A DNA stretch of 64,000 nucleotides from Sphyrna mokarran (GCA_024679065.1 JAGIQG010000014.1:66278001-66342000), one strand, 5' to 3'. Numbered from the stretch's first letter, positions 13,997 to 26,399 are shown. Notes: a model not told the origin generated them from the letters alone. Program-made: numbers and translations.

Positions 13997-14025
13997 TTAT
14001 ATCAGAAGGTTGCCATCGATATCCT
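13997..14025 (-). CDS. SPARC: SPARC exon 10, coding part: (E)DIDGNLLI*
   Basis: acceptor tttttttctttgcag|AG GAT ATC GAT GGC AAC CTT CTG ATA TAA; phase 1 matches exon 9. Confidence 0.93.
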
Positions 14026-14754
14026 CTGCAAAGAAAAAAAATATTAAAATTAGCCGCTGGTTCATTAGACAAGATGCTTTGCATTTTCATCATAGTACAC
14101 AAGACATAATTTTATATTTACAAGTGGCAGTTTTATTGTGATAATCGTAATGCATGCTACTCAGGATTTTATCGTACCCAAAGGCCTCAGGGGTGGAAGT
14201 GGGGTCTTGTTAATTTTCAATTTACCTTCAGAGAGTCAAGTTAACATCACCCACTGAGGAATTGCCCAACAATCCTTTCCACTGACTTCAAAAGAAAAGA
14301 CTGAGTGGCTTCTATGACAAGAGCCTGATTTACACTGTCTGATTTATGAACCTGCAAGAAGTTCAAAATGACTCCTGTAAACTTAATGTAATGAATTATT
14401 TTTAGAAATAGACAAGACAGTCATTATGTATAAGCAATATATCACAACATTGAAATGAATGACCAGTCAGTCTGGTATTTAATTTTTTGCTGTGATTGCA
14501 CAAGGAAGGAATTTATTAGCCATGAAATTGGAGAGCTTTCTTTTCTCTGATAGATATTTTTAACCTCCACCTGAATGGCTAGAACAGGTAGACAGCACCT
14601 CGATTTGATTTCTTATCCAAAGATCAGCATCACTCCACTGAAATAATATCTTGGGATTATAGATTTAGATATTCTTCCCTGGCACACAAATCCGCACCAT
14701 TCAACCCAAGTATAAGCCAAGTTATCACCAATTTAAACAGAGGCCCATGCATCT

Positions 14755-14945
14755 CAGTCAAAAGATGTGCGGATTAGGTTAATTGGCTATGCTAAAATTG
14801 TCCCTTAGTATCCTGAGATGTATAGATTAGAGGGATTAGTGGTAAATATGTAGGGATGTGAGGGGTAAGGCCTAGGTGGGAATGTGGTCAGTGCACATTT
14901 GATGGGCCGAATGGCCTCTTTCTGTATTGCAGGGTTTGTATGAAT
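14755..14945 (+). mobile_element. HE1-like V-SINE, 5'-truncated
   Basis: aaagatgtgcggattaggttaattggctatgctaaaattg...gatgggccgaatggcctc. Confidence 0.75.
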
Positions 14946-15269
14946 CTCATTGGTATATTTCAAGTGAGAGATCTCCAAGGAAAGTATACTGAAAATTTGC
15001 CAAAGTGTAAAACTGTTAAAACACTTTCACAGAAACTGCCCAATTTGAATCCCCTTGAAAGCTGATGGAAATCTATTCCAAGCATTCTCATCTACCTAGA
15101 AGTTTGTTCTTTAATTTATCACAAACATACCTTCTTATGCCTGCCCATTTTTTGTTTGTTCTCAATCAAATATATTCATCTCAATATTTCTTGCAGTCTT
15201 CTCTTCCTCTTGAACCTAATAAATGCTATCTGCTTCAACAAACTACTTATTTCATACTTCTATGAAACG

Positions 15270-15594
15270 ATGGTATGATAGCACAGTGGTTAGCACTGCT
15301 GCCTCACAGCACCAGCGTCCCACATTCAATTCCCGGCTTAGGTCACTGTCTGTATAGAGTTTGCACATCCTCCCCATGTCTTTGTGGGTTTCCTCCAGGT
15401 ATTCTGGTTTCCTCCCATAATCTAAGGATGAGCAGAGTAAGTGGATTGGCTATACTAAATTGCCCCTTAGTGTTAGGGCACTAGCTAGGGTAACTACATG
15501 GGGTTATGGATATACAGTCTGGGTGAGATTGTGGTCAGTGCAGACTTGATGGGCCAAATGGCCACCTTCTGCACAGTAGGGATTCTATGATTCT
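15270..15594 (+). mobile_element. HE1-like V-SINE
   Basis: gcacagtggttagcactgctgcctcacagc head, V domain, gggattctatgattcta tail. Confidence 0.88.
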
Positions 15595-15809
15595 AACAAT
15601 CTTGATACAAAGTAATTGGGCATGAAATCTTTTATTCTTCCGGGCATTCTATTTCTGTAAATGATATCTCCAAGTTTTCCAGAATTAAAAAATTGCCCTG
15701 ATCACCTTTCTCATTTCCTTTAATTTAACCATTCCTAGTGGAAAGTTGGTTTAAATTTCAGCTCGTGAGCGGGGCCAGTTTTTGTCTTTAGCTGCCTTGA
15801 GAAACTCAC

Positions 15810-15958
15810 CCTCTTTAATACCAAAGCATGTGGCCCACTCCTCAAGGGCAATGTATTTGTCGTTGTCTGCATCGCACTTCTGGAAGAAGCGAGTGGTGCA
15901 GTGCTCCATTGGGACGAGCGGGGCGCGTAGAGGAGCCAGCTCAGAGTGAGAAAGGTAC
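15810..15958 (-). CDS. SPARC: SPARC exon 9 (EC domain, second EF-hand)
   Basis: [49 protein letters not shown]; atccag| acceptor, |gtgagt donor; 149 nt. Confidence 0.97.
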
Positions 15959-16450
15959 CTGGATTTAAAACAAAGATATGTTTGCAAGGTTTAGATTCAT
16001 TTAAAAACCCAAGTTATTGATGCAGCAAACAGCTGTCAGGTGATCTAGTGTACTGAAAAGATTGGATATCAATTTTTAGGATTCTCCACATGGTTGAATT
16101 TACATCTGAAAGGGAAAAAAATCCATGCAGAAAGAGGATGAAATTGAACTAAGGGATAATTCTTTCCAAGTTTCAGCAGATGCACAATGAACTTTGTTGC
16201 CCTGTATAATTGTCTGTACGGTAGAAATTTAGAACACTTGGGCTTAGCCTCCCAATCATTTCAGACTGAGATGAGGAGAAATTTCTTCACTCAAAGGGCT
16301 GTGAATCTTTAGAATTCTATGCCCAAAAGGGTTGCAAATGCTCCATTGTTGACCATATTTAAGGATGAGGTAAACAGATATTTGTTCCCTGAGGAAATTA
16401 AAGGAAGTGGGCAGGAAAATTGAGTTGAAGTCCAACATCAGCCGTGATCG

Positions 16451-16536
16451 CTCACCTGATGAAGGGGCAGTTCTCTGAAAGCTTATGTTACCAAATAAAC
16501 CTGTTGAACTTTAACCTGGTGTTGTGAGAGTACTTA
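16451..16536 (+). mobile_element. Penelope-like terminal-repeat remnant with hammerhead-like core
   Basis: cacCTGATGAaggggcagttctctGAAAgctt...ccaaataaacctgttgaactttaacctggtgttgtgaga, nested in a CR1 3' end (about 16260-16610). Confidence 0.6.
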
Positions 16537-16868
16537 ATGATCATATTGAATGGCAGAGAAGGTTCAACGGCTCACATAATCTATGCCTGCTTCTATCTTT
16601 TGTGTTCTTGTGGCTACCAATCTCAAAAGAAATATATAGTCAATAAGGTCTCTAAGAAAAAGTGAGCAATACTCATTTGCACACCAAAATTGCTAACCGC
16701 AGTGGGTGTGTGAATATAATTAAAAATCAGCATCTGGAATTAACAAACTAAAAATTAGACAAAGGCTAAAGAAAACTTGTACTGGGAAAAACCAGATAAG
16801 AGGGATTCATGTACCTCAACCATCCTTAATATTCAGATAATTTTTGTTGTGTGCACTACTGAGAAACT

Positions 16869-16902
16869 AGGATTAATAGCCAAGACAGGATTAATAGCCA
16901 AG
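16869..16902. repeat. short tandem duplication (16 bp x2, period 18)
   Basis: aggattaatagccaag-ac-aggattaatagccaag. Confidence 0.85.
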
Positions 16903-16976
16903 TATCTATAAAATAGAAGATTTTTGTCAGCAAGGTCCCCAATCTACACATTTCCAGTGGCCCTAGAGAAGCATAC

Positions 16977-17125
16977 TTGTCGGCTGGGTGTTGATCAAGT
17001 TGCCCAAATTGCCAGTGAACAGGGAAGATGAACATGTTGTAGTTCTTCTCAAAGTCATGAGCCAGAAGATCCAAAGAATGTTCTCCAGCCTGCAGACGCT
17101 TTTCGTTTTCATAGATCTTCTTCAC
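16977..17125 (-). CDS. SPARC: SPARC exon 8 (EC domain, start of first EF-hand)
   Basis: [49 protein letters not shown]; aatag| acceptor, |gtatgc donor; 149 nt. Confidence 0.97.
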
Positions 17126-19052
17126 CTATTGGACAGAAGGGTAACAATCAGCAGATATATTACAGTGATGACAATAGCGCTTCTTCCGATATAATGTCAC
17201 ATTGCTACAGCAGAAGCAGGGAGGACAGAGCAGGGTATCAGCACATATCTGCTTAGGTCTTGGAGAATGTTTCAAAACCAGGGATGTTTCCATTAAATTG
17301 CATCATTCTAATGATTTGTGCTGCCCATGCTTATGATTAGTCTATCAATGTGGAAGTGATTGTCTCAAAATCTTAAGTCCACTAAATTCAAAGATTAGAA
17401 ACGATTGTAAGAAGAAATATAATCTCAAGTGGAAATAGTCACCCAGATATCACAAGCTAGGTGGCTCTGAATTATTTACAGGACTCCATTTTGAAAAGAT
17501 CCAGAATCATACAGTGCAGAAGAGGCCCTTTGGCTCATCGAGTCTGCACCTGCATGTAAAACTCCCACACTTGATTCCATCTATCAGCAGTTGACCTATA
17601 ACCAGATCTTTAGCAAAAGAATTGAACATTCACAAAAGTAGTCAGGATACTTTAAGATTTTGGACAAGAGATTTATGGGAGATGCGAGAAAGAACAATTT
17701 TCAGTAGCAAGTGGCAATGACCTGAAATTCTCAGCCTAAAGATAGAAAGATGATGAATGATTTGAAAAGGAAAATGGATGGGCACTGGCAGAGTAAAAGG
17801 GATAGAGAGGGGAAGTGAGATTTATTGGGATGCTGCAAAGAGAGATCAGATGGAGCTGATCAGCCTCCTGCTGTGCCCTCATGACTGGATGATATTTGCT
17901 GAGAGTGTGTCAGGGTGCACGAAAGCCAGGGAATATCCATGACAACGAGGGACATTGGAGGTCCTGTCACATTTAACAAAAGAACCTCACTATAATTTAT
18001 TTTCGGCCTAGCAGTTGACAAGATTGATGGGCAGGATATCCAATGTCAGGAGGTGACAGTCAGGGATTGTGTAGGGAGGTCACATGTGGGATTGTGGAGA
18101 ATGCTACAAATCGGGAGTTGAAGGTGTTTCAGTCAATCATAGAGAGATCAATAAGTTCCTTGAGAATTCTACTATCTGGAGCTGATGGATTGGTCTCTCT
18201 TTCGCTCCCAGATTTCAAGAGCTGCAAAAATCTTGTCCGTCAATTGTTAAGTTTGAATCAGGCTTTGAATTGCGCTGTGGAAGGCTGATTTTAATGTCAC
18301 AATGAAATCTGACATCTTTCCAAGATGGGTCAACGCCTGCCACTGTTAAAAAGGCATAGCCAATTGGTTCCCATTTTTCTGATTTTATCCCCTTTGATCA
18401 CTTCTTGACAGCTGGCAGGAGGGACTTGGAGAGGCTTTGTCAATGTGTTTGAGAAATTAGCGCGCATATTAATTTATAATAGCATTAAAAGATTTGTCAA
18501 GGATCCATCACATCTATTTCTGTGCAGCACTGAAGTCTTTGGGCCTAGGGAATCTGGAAGTAGATATCAGTGATCACTAAAATTAAAATGTTTGTGTTTG
18601 AGTGTTCGTCTGTTTATACTGAGTGTCAGTATTTTTAGGCTGTTCTTAAAGTGCATTAAAATTTACTTCAAAACAGAAGTATTTGAAAACCACAACCATG
18701 CAGATTGCTGTATGTAGCCATAGCTACATTATGAACCATGGGCATGGACATGTACCACATTGGATCTACAACACATGTAGACCACGACTTTGCAGAGGCA
18801 TAATGAAGCTATGCTGTATAGATCTATGGTGTAGGATAGTCATTGTAACTGATTAATTTCTGATCTCTGGCATACCATCATGGAGGATTGTTAGACAGAA
18901 GTCAAATACTTTCTCAAAGGAATAGTGATTAACATCAGAGGGTGTGTGATCTGAGTTATTCTTATGCACTGCCTATAACTAAATACCAAAAGAAATGTTT
19001 TTTTAAACAGCGAGGTGAACTCATTAAAAGCAAAAAGGGTAAGTTTTCTTGC

Positions 19053-19189
19053 CTTCATCTTTTGCTTCTCAGTGAGAAGATTTGTTCCCTCATTATCACG
19101 CTCATAAAGGGTCACCAGAACATTCTTCAGCCAGTCACGCATGCGCAGAGGGAACTCAGCCAGCTCATTATCAGCACATTCTTGGATGA
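19053..19189 (-). CDS. SPARC: SPARC exon 7 (EC domain alphaA helix); GC donor
   Basis: (F)[45 protein letters not shown]; ctctgcag| acceptor; homology and phase put the donor at AAG|GCAAGA; 137 nt. Confidence 0.93.
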
Positions 19190-20139
19190 CTGCAGAGGAA
19201 TTCCAAAGAGATCAGATAAAGAAATTAAAAACCCTGTGTGAATTAGTTAATTTATTTCATTGTATCTTGGAGTAATTAAGTTTCCAGTCTGTCCAAACCT
19301 TGGAAAAGCCAACAGATGGAAAATTAACGGTTCCAGGCCTATAAACACAGACTAGCATGAGAATAAGACAGTACACAGCCAAATAAGCTGACAGAATAGT
19401 GCCAGGGATGCATGACTTCACTGTCAGGGAGAGATTAATGAAGCTAGGATTATTCTCTTTAGAACAGAGGAGGTTAAGGGGAGATTTAATAGAGGTGTTC
19501 AAAATCATGATCTGTTTTGACAAAGAATAAATTGTTTCCCATAGCACAACAGAGTACTGAAATTTATGAAATGAATCTCAGGCAGGGTGTTCTGTTTTAA
19601 ATAGTATTTTAAACACGGTGAGTTGTTCTGATTTAAATAGTGGGTACTAAATGGAAGGCAAAAGCAGATTCAATAATCTGTTACAAAATGAAATTGGTGA
19701 ATATTTGAAGGGGATTAATTTGCAGGGCTATGGGCAAAGGACAATAGAATGGGACTAAATGGATATAAAGAGTTGGGCAGATATAATAGAGCAAAAGGCT
19801 TCTGTATCTTTTTATTAAAGGATGTCATTCAAACACTAATTGTCAAGGGTGGATCATCCAAGTTCTCATCTATTGTATGTACCACATATGTTGGAAGCGT
19901 GCAGCAGAAAATCACAGATAAATGAGCCCATGATTTTCCAGTGAACACCAGTGCTTGACAAGATATTACTCCACAGATATCTAATCTCCTCTTAAGTGGA
20001 AATCAGTAGTTATCCCTGTGTGGTGAGCATTCAGAATAGATGTCTATATTGTCAAGTCATTGATGCCTAGAAACATTCCTCCAATAACATGCACTTCCCA
20101 CGGACATTGCATATTCCAAGAAGACATTTCACATTCAAA

Positions 20140-20400
20140 CAGTAAAAGACTTGCATGGGCAACAGCTTATCACATCTTTCAGAAATCTCTCAAAAATGCT
20201 TCACTTGTAATAAATTACATAGAAATGCAGTGATTGTTATGCAGGCAAAGACAGCAGCCATTTTGCACACAGCAAGATTCCACACAAACAACAAAAGAGA
20301 TGCACGCTGTGTGCAGGTACAGGTGGCAATTTGAGGAAGAGCTAAGTGATGGAAAAGATGTCTCACTCAGAGTGCACTTCATGTCATCAGCTGACGGCTG
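20140..20400 (-). mobile_element. DeuSINE/SacSINE-like fragment
   Basis: gcagccattttgcacacagcaagattccacacaaacaacaa = reverse complement of the Deu-domain 3' part. Confidence 0.55.
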
Positions 20401-21354
20401 GAGGGTAGTGGAGAGTGGCAGGGGAGAAATATGAAAATTGTACTGTTATGAGGCAGGAAAGAATCAACTTGGAATGACTTTAATTATAAAATAATTTTCT
20501 GCAATAAATACTCTGAACTCTAAAGCATCCTTCATGTGCTTAGATACCCAGATGTGCATACTGCAAAGAGAAATCAAACATATTGCAAAATCAAAGTATT
20601 CCCTGAACCACAGTAATCATGGATTAAATTAGTTTGTATTTCTTGATCTGCTGCATGAAGTTTAGTATTGCTTTCTTAAGGGGGATGCATTTATCTGGTC
20701 AAATAATTAATAAGTTTTGCAGAACCAACTCAAGGCTGTTGTTTTAACAATACTTCTCATTGTATAGGAAGTGTTATAAACTCTTCCTATGCTCCATTGA
20801 AGTGATCCTTACTGGAACAGAGTGATAGACTGGTCCTATTACAGTGATAAGTATTCAAAGAAATGAATGTTCCCCCTCCCTGCCACCCTTCATCCCTTCA
20901 TTCACTATCTTGGCCTCATGACAGCTGCTGCCTTGATAGAAAAGCTGAGTATGTGAAAGCCTTTGTAAAATCTAACAGTGAGTCTCCATTCCAAGCTCTA
21001 AGGTTAGTAGTGCTGAAACTATGCCCTCAGTGAATGAATAGGTGCTGTGAGTTTTAATACGCTGCATACAACTTTTATTGTGCTTGCCAGAAGCATCCAA
21101 GGCAGACATCTCTTTTTCTTACTTTCCTCTTTGCCGTTTCTACTCTCTGTGATTCTTTTCCCTCCTTTTTATGTTTCTGCTGCCTAATCCTTTCAGATAA
21201 TTATTGCTTTGACAGTGTGCACTATGAATTTTAAAAAATTTACTGCCTTCTTTACATGGTGAATCCTTTGGCCTTCAGAGAAACACTTAGCCCCTCAATC
21301 TCATTCCAGCACTCTGTAAGACCATGGCTAATCTGAATCCTAATACCACATAAT

Positions 21355-21484
21355 ATGGAAGCTGCGGAAGCTAGAATCCGAAACAAAACACAAAATGCTG
21401 GAAAATCTCAGCAGGTCTGACAGCACCTGTGAAGAGAAAATAGAGCCACTGTTTCGAGTCTGGGTGAGGCATCATCAGAGCTGG
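21355..21484 (-). mobile_element. Penelope-like terminal-repeat remnant
   Basis: aaaatgctggaaaatctcagcaggtctgacagcacctgt...; minus strand reads CTGATGA...GAAAC. Confidence 0.6.
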
Positions 21485-21639
21485 CTAAAAGGCAGAAGAC
21501 AGTGAGACATGTGGCAGAACGTTCCAGCCCCGCCCACTGCCAGGACTGTCGGGTCCCAATGACTATCAAATCTAACATGGGAGGTCCTGCCACGATGGGT
21601 TTGGAAAATTCCAGTCTGGTGATTGTTCAGACTGAAGGG

Positions 21640-22570
21640 TGGTACGCAGTAATATTTACCGAGGGTCCACTGCTTAAGTTGATTTCAATAAATGACTTGA
21701 GAAATAAATTTTCAAAAATGTGTCCACGATACCAGACCTGGATGTCTGACAAACAGTGAGGATGAAACCAGTCAACTGCACCAGGATTAGGTTAGCAAAA
21801 TTGACAGACAAGTAGCAGACAGAATTTAATGCAGGAAGGTGTGAGGTGATGCATTTTGGCAGAAGGCATAGGGAGCAGCAATGAAGATTTAATGGCACGG
21901 TTCTAAAGAGTATATGACCTTGTAAGGGACCTTGTTGATCATGAACAAGATCTTTCAGGTTGCGAGGGTATATTGAAAGAGTAATTAGAAAAGCAAGTGG
22001 GATCTTCAGCTTCATAAATAAAGGCATTGAGTACAAAAGGAGGAATGTTATGCTGAACCTTTCGAAAGCTCTGTTTACAACATGAGAACAGTAATACATC
22101 CAGGGTGCAGAGGAAATCTACCAGCATGATTATAGGGATGAGAGATTAGGTTGGAGAAGCTGGGGCTGTTCTCCTTGGAAGTAAAGGAGATTGAAAGAAG
22201 AGTTGATAGAGGTGTAGAAGATTATGACAAGATTAGTGAGATAAAGTAGGCAAAGGTAAAATTGCTCCTATTAGCTTGTGGTCAAAGAATTGGTGAACAC
22301 AGATTTAAAGCTTTAAGCAAGAAATGCAAGTGACTATGCAAGAAAGAACTCTTTGATGAAGCGCATAACAATTACCTGGAAGGTACTGCCCTAAGGTGGT
22401 GGAAGTGGAGGCAAATATTGATTTTAAAAAGGAGGCTGGTGGAACTTGAGGAGAATAAAATTACAGAATTATGAGAATAAAGTGAGGGAATAGCACTGAT
22501 TGGATCACTCTACAGACAGCCAACAGACTTGTTGTTGCAAACACATTTCTCCTTTATGTAATGCTTCTAT
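21640..22570 (+). mobile_element. decayed CR1 LINE 3' portion
   Basis: gtgtgaggtgatgcattttggcagaagg, aggcattgagtacaaaag, ctgttctccttggaag: typical end of CR1 ORF2. Confidence 0.75.
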
Positions 22571-23223
22571 GACTCATACCTTCTGCGGCCTTTTGTATGT
22601 GGTCAGTCAGGTGATCCTCCAGAACCTTGTTCAATGGGATATTTGTGACTCTAAATGGTGAATGTTGGCACAATATTCATGTGAGGTATTACAACTGCGC
22701 CCAACCTATCGTCATGTGAAGTCTAAACAACACTCTTCCTCGCAAGGAACACTCAATACTTCTTTTATCCCCACCCAGTCTCGGGACATTAGGACCAGCT
22801 TTCATGACTTCACTGCTAATCCAGCAGTAATTGTTGATTGGTGGTTTATAAACTCAGTTCCTCCCCAAATGATGCATTTAACAATCTGGATATTATTGAG
22901 CCCAATGTTTTAAAGTTTGACTACAATATTCAGGCAATGGCAGCTCCTGAGCTTTGCAGCTGTCCTTTAACAGCTGCTTCCGCTGTCTTTCATGGCTGTT
23001 TCTCCACCTCTGAAAAGAGATCAATTCTGGGGCTGCTTGGTTGATAAACCATGGGACCACACTTGAGCTAACTAACCCGACAGGGTAAGTGCATTGACAG
23101 AGTTCAAACAGATAATATGGCACAATCAATGTACAGCATTAGTAGAAAATAATATTACTTTCTGCAAGGTTTTATCATCCTCTCCTGCATATAATGCTCA
23201 CTAAAAGAACACATTCCACATAC

Positions 23224-23344
23224 ATTTGCATGGTCCAATGTAATCCAAATGGAGCTTGTGGCCCTTTTTGGTGCCTTCCAGTGCACACTTGGTGGCAAAG
23301 AGCTGGCAGGCACTGTCGTAGGTCTTGTTGTCGGTGCCACAGAC
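23224..23344 (-). CDS. SPARC: SPARC exon 6 (Kazal part of follistatin domain)
   Basis: [40 protein letters not shown]; ttccccag| acceptor, |gtatgt donor; 121 nt; keeps NKT sequon and KKGHK. Confidence 0.97.
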
Positions 23345-24366
23345 CTGGGGAAGGTTATGGAATACAGAAATGTTACTTTCTATTTTAAAAAGGCAATGTA
23401 AAACCAACCTGCACTATCATAAAACACTTGCTGTCATTGCAATACTTTCTGGCAGCTCTAAGCAACAATAACCCAACTGGAATATAACATTGGACAGGTT
23501 GTAAAACAATGCAATCTGAATGCATGCCCCATTCTTACTGATGGGTAAAGTTAAGAATAGCCCACATCACATCCCCAAGTGAGACACAGCCATCGATAAG
23601 GCGCACATGTCAGAGTACTATGATCATAGTGAACTTCAGGTTCTGAGTTGCTTCAGGTGGATCTTTATTTTATTCTGAGATATCATTTTGTTTCTCAGAA
23701 TTTTGCAGAGATGACATTGGCTTCTATGTGTAAAATATGCTCTAAAATGTCAACTTCATGCTTCTAGCTCTGAGGTCGGTGATGACTTCAACCCATTAGG
23801 TTGATCTCTTGGAGTATGAGCTCCCTGATTGACATCACAATTGCTTGCCCAATCAAGGAGCCTTACTTGTACATAAATATGGGAGCGACAGTTCTACTGG
23901 CATTCCTGATTCTGATTTTGGACCTGAAGCAATAGAATAGAATTTTTAAATAAAAGGAATCTGGTGAAGGGACACATGCTTCTGAGGAGATATTTCAGGT
24001 TCCGAGTCTTTCTACAGTTTGTTTACTTTTCTCTGAATCCACATCCAGGTTTAACTAATCAAACATCAGTATTAAATAGACTCACATAATCGAATACAGA
24101 ACATTGAACCACTGAATACTACAATCTTTAGATGACCTGACCCCACAATGCAAACATATCATTACTGATCATTTAATCATGTAATCTCTTATTATTTCAA
24201 TATATGGACACTTGAAATTGGATTTGGCCACAGGGCAGTGAAAACAACATGTAACTACCTGCATTGGTTTGAAAACATCAACATGTGCAAACTCAGAAAA
24301 TCTTATCAGGTAAATAAACTTAATCATAGAAACAGGTTTAATATTAATTTGAGGCTTTTAATATAA

Positions 24367-24665
24367 ATGGCACAGTGGTTAGCACTACTGTCTCACAGCG
24401 CCAGGAACCCGGGTTCGATTCCCAGCTTGGGTCACTGCCTATGTGAAGTTTGCACATTTCCCTATGTCTGCATGGGTTTCCTCCAGATGCTCTGGTTTCC
24501 TCCCACAGTATGGGTTAAGTTGATTGGCTATGCTAAATTGACCCTAGTTTGGGGGGAATTAGCAGGGGAAATATGTAGGATTACAGGAATAGGTGGGATT
24601 GTTGTCGGTCCAGGCTCAATGGGCCAAATGGCCTCCTTTTATATTGTAGGGACTCTATGATTCTA
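24367..24665 (+). mobile_element. HE1-like V-SINE
   Basis: tggcacagtggttagcactactgtctcacagcgccaggaacccgggttcgattccc (A and B boxes), V domain, tail. Confidence 0.88.
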
Positions 24666-24999
24666 AAGTTGACAATTCAAATCCATCAATCTGGAAGTCA
24701 TGAGCAAAATGATCATCCATCACTAATTTTATTGTCTCTGTAAAGCTGCCAAGGTTCCTCTTTTAGAAACTCTTGTTTGTTATTATGTGGGGTGTAGGGA
24801 ACTCCACAGTTTGCTTCATGTTATCCTATGAATTGTCACCAATGGCCCTTTACAGTTCCCACTTTGTTAATGTATGAGTCCTCAATGAAACCTTTTATAT
24901 CTTGTTTTAAAAGCTGTTGTGATTCTTCCTGTTCCATCCCACCCTCATCCTGTAGGGAGATTTTTCAGTGACAGTAATATTTTCTTGTTAGATTCTGAC

Positions 25000-25121
25000 C
25001 TTCTCAAATTCAACGGAGCTAGGTGGGCAAGTTGATGGATCCTGGCAGACGCACATGGGTTCATTATTCTCATCAGCCTCGCACACCTTTCCTCTCTTGC
25101 AGTGGAAGTTTTCACAAGGGT
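25000..25121 (-). CDS. SPARC: SPARC exon 5 (FOLN/EGF-like part of follistatin domain)
   Basis: hand translation (N)[40 protein letters not shown]; tctttctag| acceptor, |gtcaga donor; 122 nt; absent from ORF track. Confidence 0.96.
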
Positions 25122-25614
25122 CTAGAAAGATATGATCAAATCACAAGGTTACAGCATGTGAACATATTGATGGATAATTCAGCTCATGGCCCTTGGACTA
25201 ACTTCCGTCCCTGTTATTTATATGTAGGATTTCAGCGAGTGGTTTAAACATGCCACAATTGCAGGAAGTTCTCACTGGAGCCGAAGAAGTTAGTCAAAGC
25301 AATGTTGAAATTGAAGATGTGTGTTTGTAGTACTTACAAAGAACCCAGCTGTTCTCTCATCTTAGATCTGGTGAATAGATTCAGTTAACTTCAGAACTGA
25401 TGTCAGCAAGTTCTTTGTATGGAGTGCTCGCTACTCCGAATAGATTTCTGACTAGGCTAGTGCAGTCAAAAATGTTTTAAGTCATTTATGGGACAGTTGA
25501 ATGCTACCATGGAGGTTGATTTTACTTTAGATGGATAAGCTACAATCAGCTGAATGACCTCCTTTATTCCAACTAGAATATTACTCCAAAATAAAGCCAA
25601 GCTTCAAAATAAAA

Positions 25615-25800
25615 CGATGTGGAGATGCTGGCGTTGGACTGGGGTAGGTACAGTAAAAAATCTCACAACATCAGTTGAAGTCCAACTGGTTTATTTGGTC
25701 TTCTGACTCACCCAATGAAGGAACAGTGCTCTGAAAGCTTGTGCTACCAAATAAATCTGATGGACTTTAACCTGATGTTGTGAGACTTTTTACTGTGCAT
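25615..25800. mobile_element. Penelope-like remnant with about 50-bp inverted arms
   Basis: 25650-25699 is the near reverse complement of 25746-25796; same family as 16451. Confidence 0.7.
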
Positions 25801-26227
25801 ACTTAATTACAGCAGTGATAACTTTATTTTTAATTATGATAAGTATTATGTCATGCTTTTATTTCATACCCCTCGTCTCTATATATATTCACATACATAA
25901 AGTTCTTCATGTGTATTCACATACTTAAAGAGATATGCATGTTAAATTTAGACATGTTGTACAGATTTCTACATGTTGTACAGAGTTATGCACAATTTAG
26001 AAGTGTATAAAATGACAGCGTGGGCAATTCAGAAATAGGAAGACATCAAAGGTCACATATTATAGTGGCTTGGTTCTTACTATTATTGACCGCCCAAGGT
26101 TCCAAAATCATTTAAGTCTCAAGTTAAAGGCAAAGAGAATCTGGATCAATTTAGAGTTTGGATTTCAGAAAGATTAACCTCCAGTGCCAAGGTATGATTT
26201 GTTTAGTTCTGTTGCTGTTTGACTTAC

Positions 26228-26318
26228 TCTCAATTTCAATGTCCTTTTTGGTATCATCTTCAGTATCTTCAAAATCTCCTGTATCAATCTGGACTGGGTT
26301 TGCTCCAACTGGCAATGC
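26228..26318 (-). CDS. SPARC: SPARC exon 4 (acidic domain I)
   Basis: ALPVGANPVQIDTGDFEDTEDDTKKDIEIE with the SPARC VGANPVQ motif; aacag| acceptor, |gtaagt donor; 91 nt. Confidence 0.95.
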
Positions 26319-26399
26319 CTGTTTGAGTACAAATTGTTTATGAATTAATTTGATATTTATCCCACTTTAAACATACAATGGCCTCTTCTAGAAGTTTGA

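Noticed and set aside
18891-19052. Extension of exon 7 as in the ORF track (ARKLTLFAF...)
   Set aside because: No SPARC similarity after KQKMK and no in-phase GT near the junction; treated as intron read-through
23771-23997. Possible solo LTR (CCAAT, ATAAAT, AATAAA, TG...CA)
   Set aside because: Single copy in the window, no TSD or convincing terminal inverted repeat; too weak to call
24367-24425. tRNA gene
   Set aside because: A/B boxes belong to the tRNA-derived head of a V-SINE and continue into the V domain; no full cloverleaf
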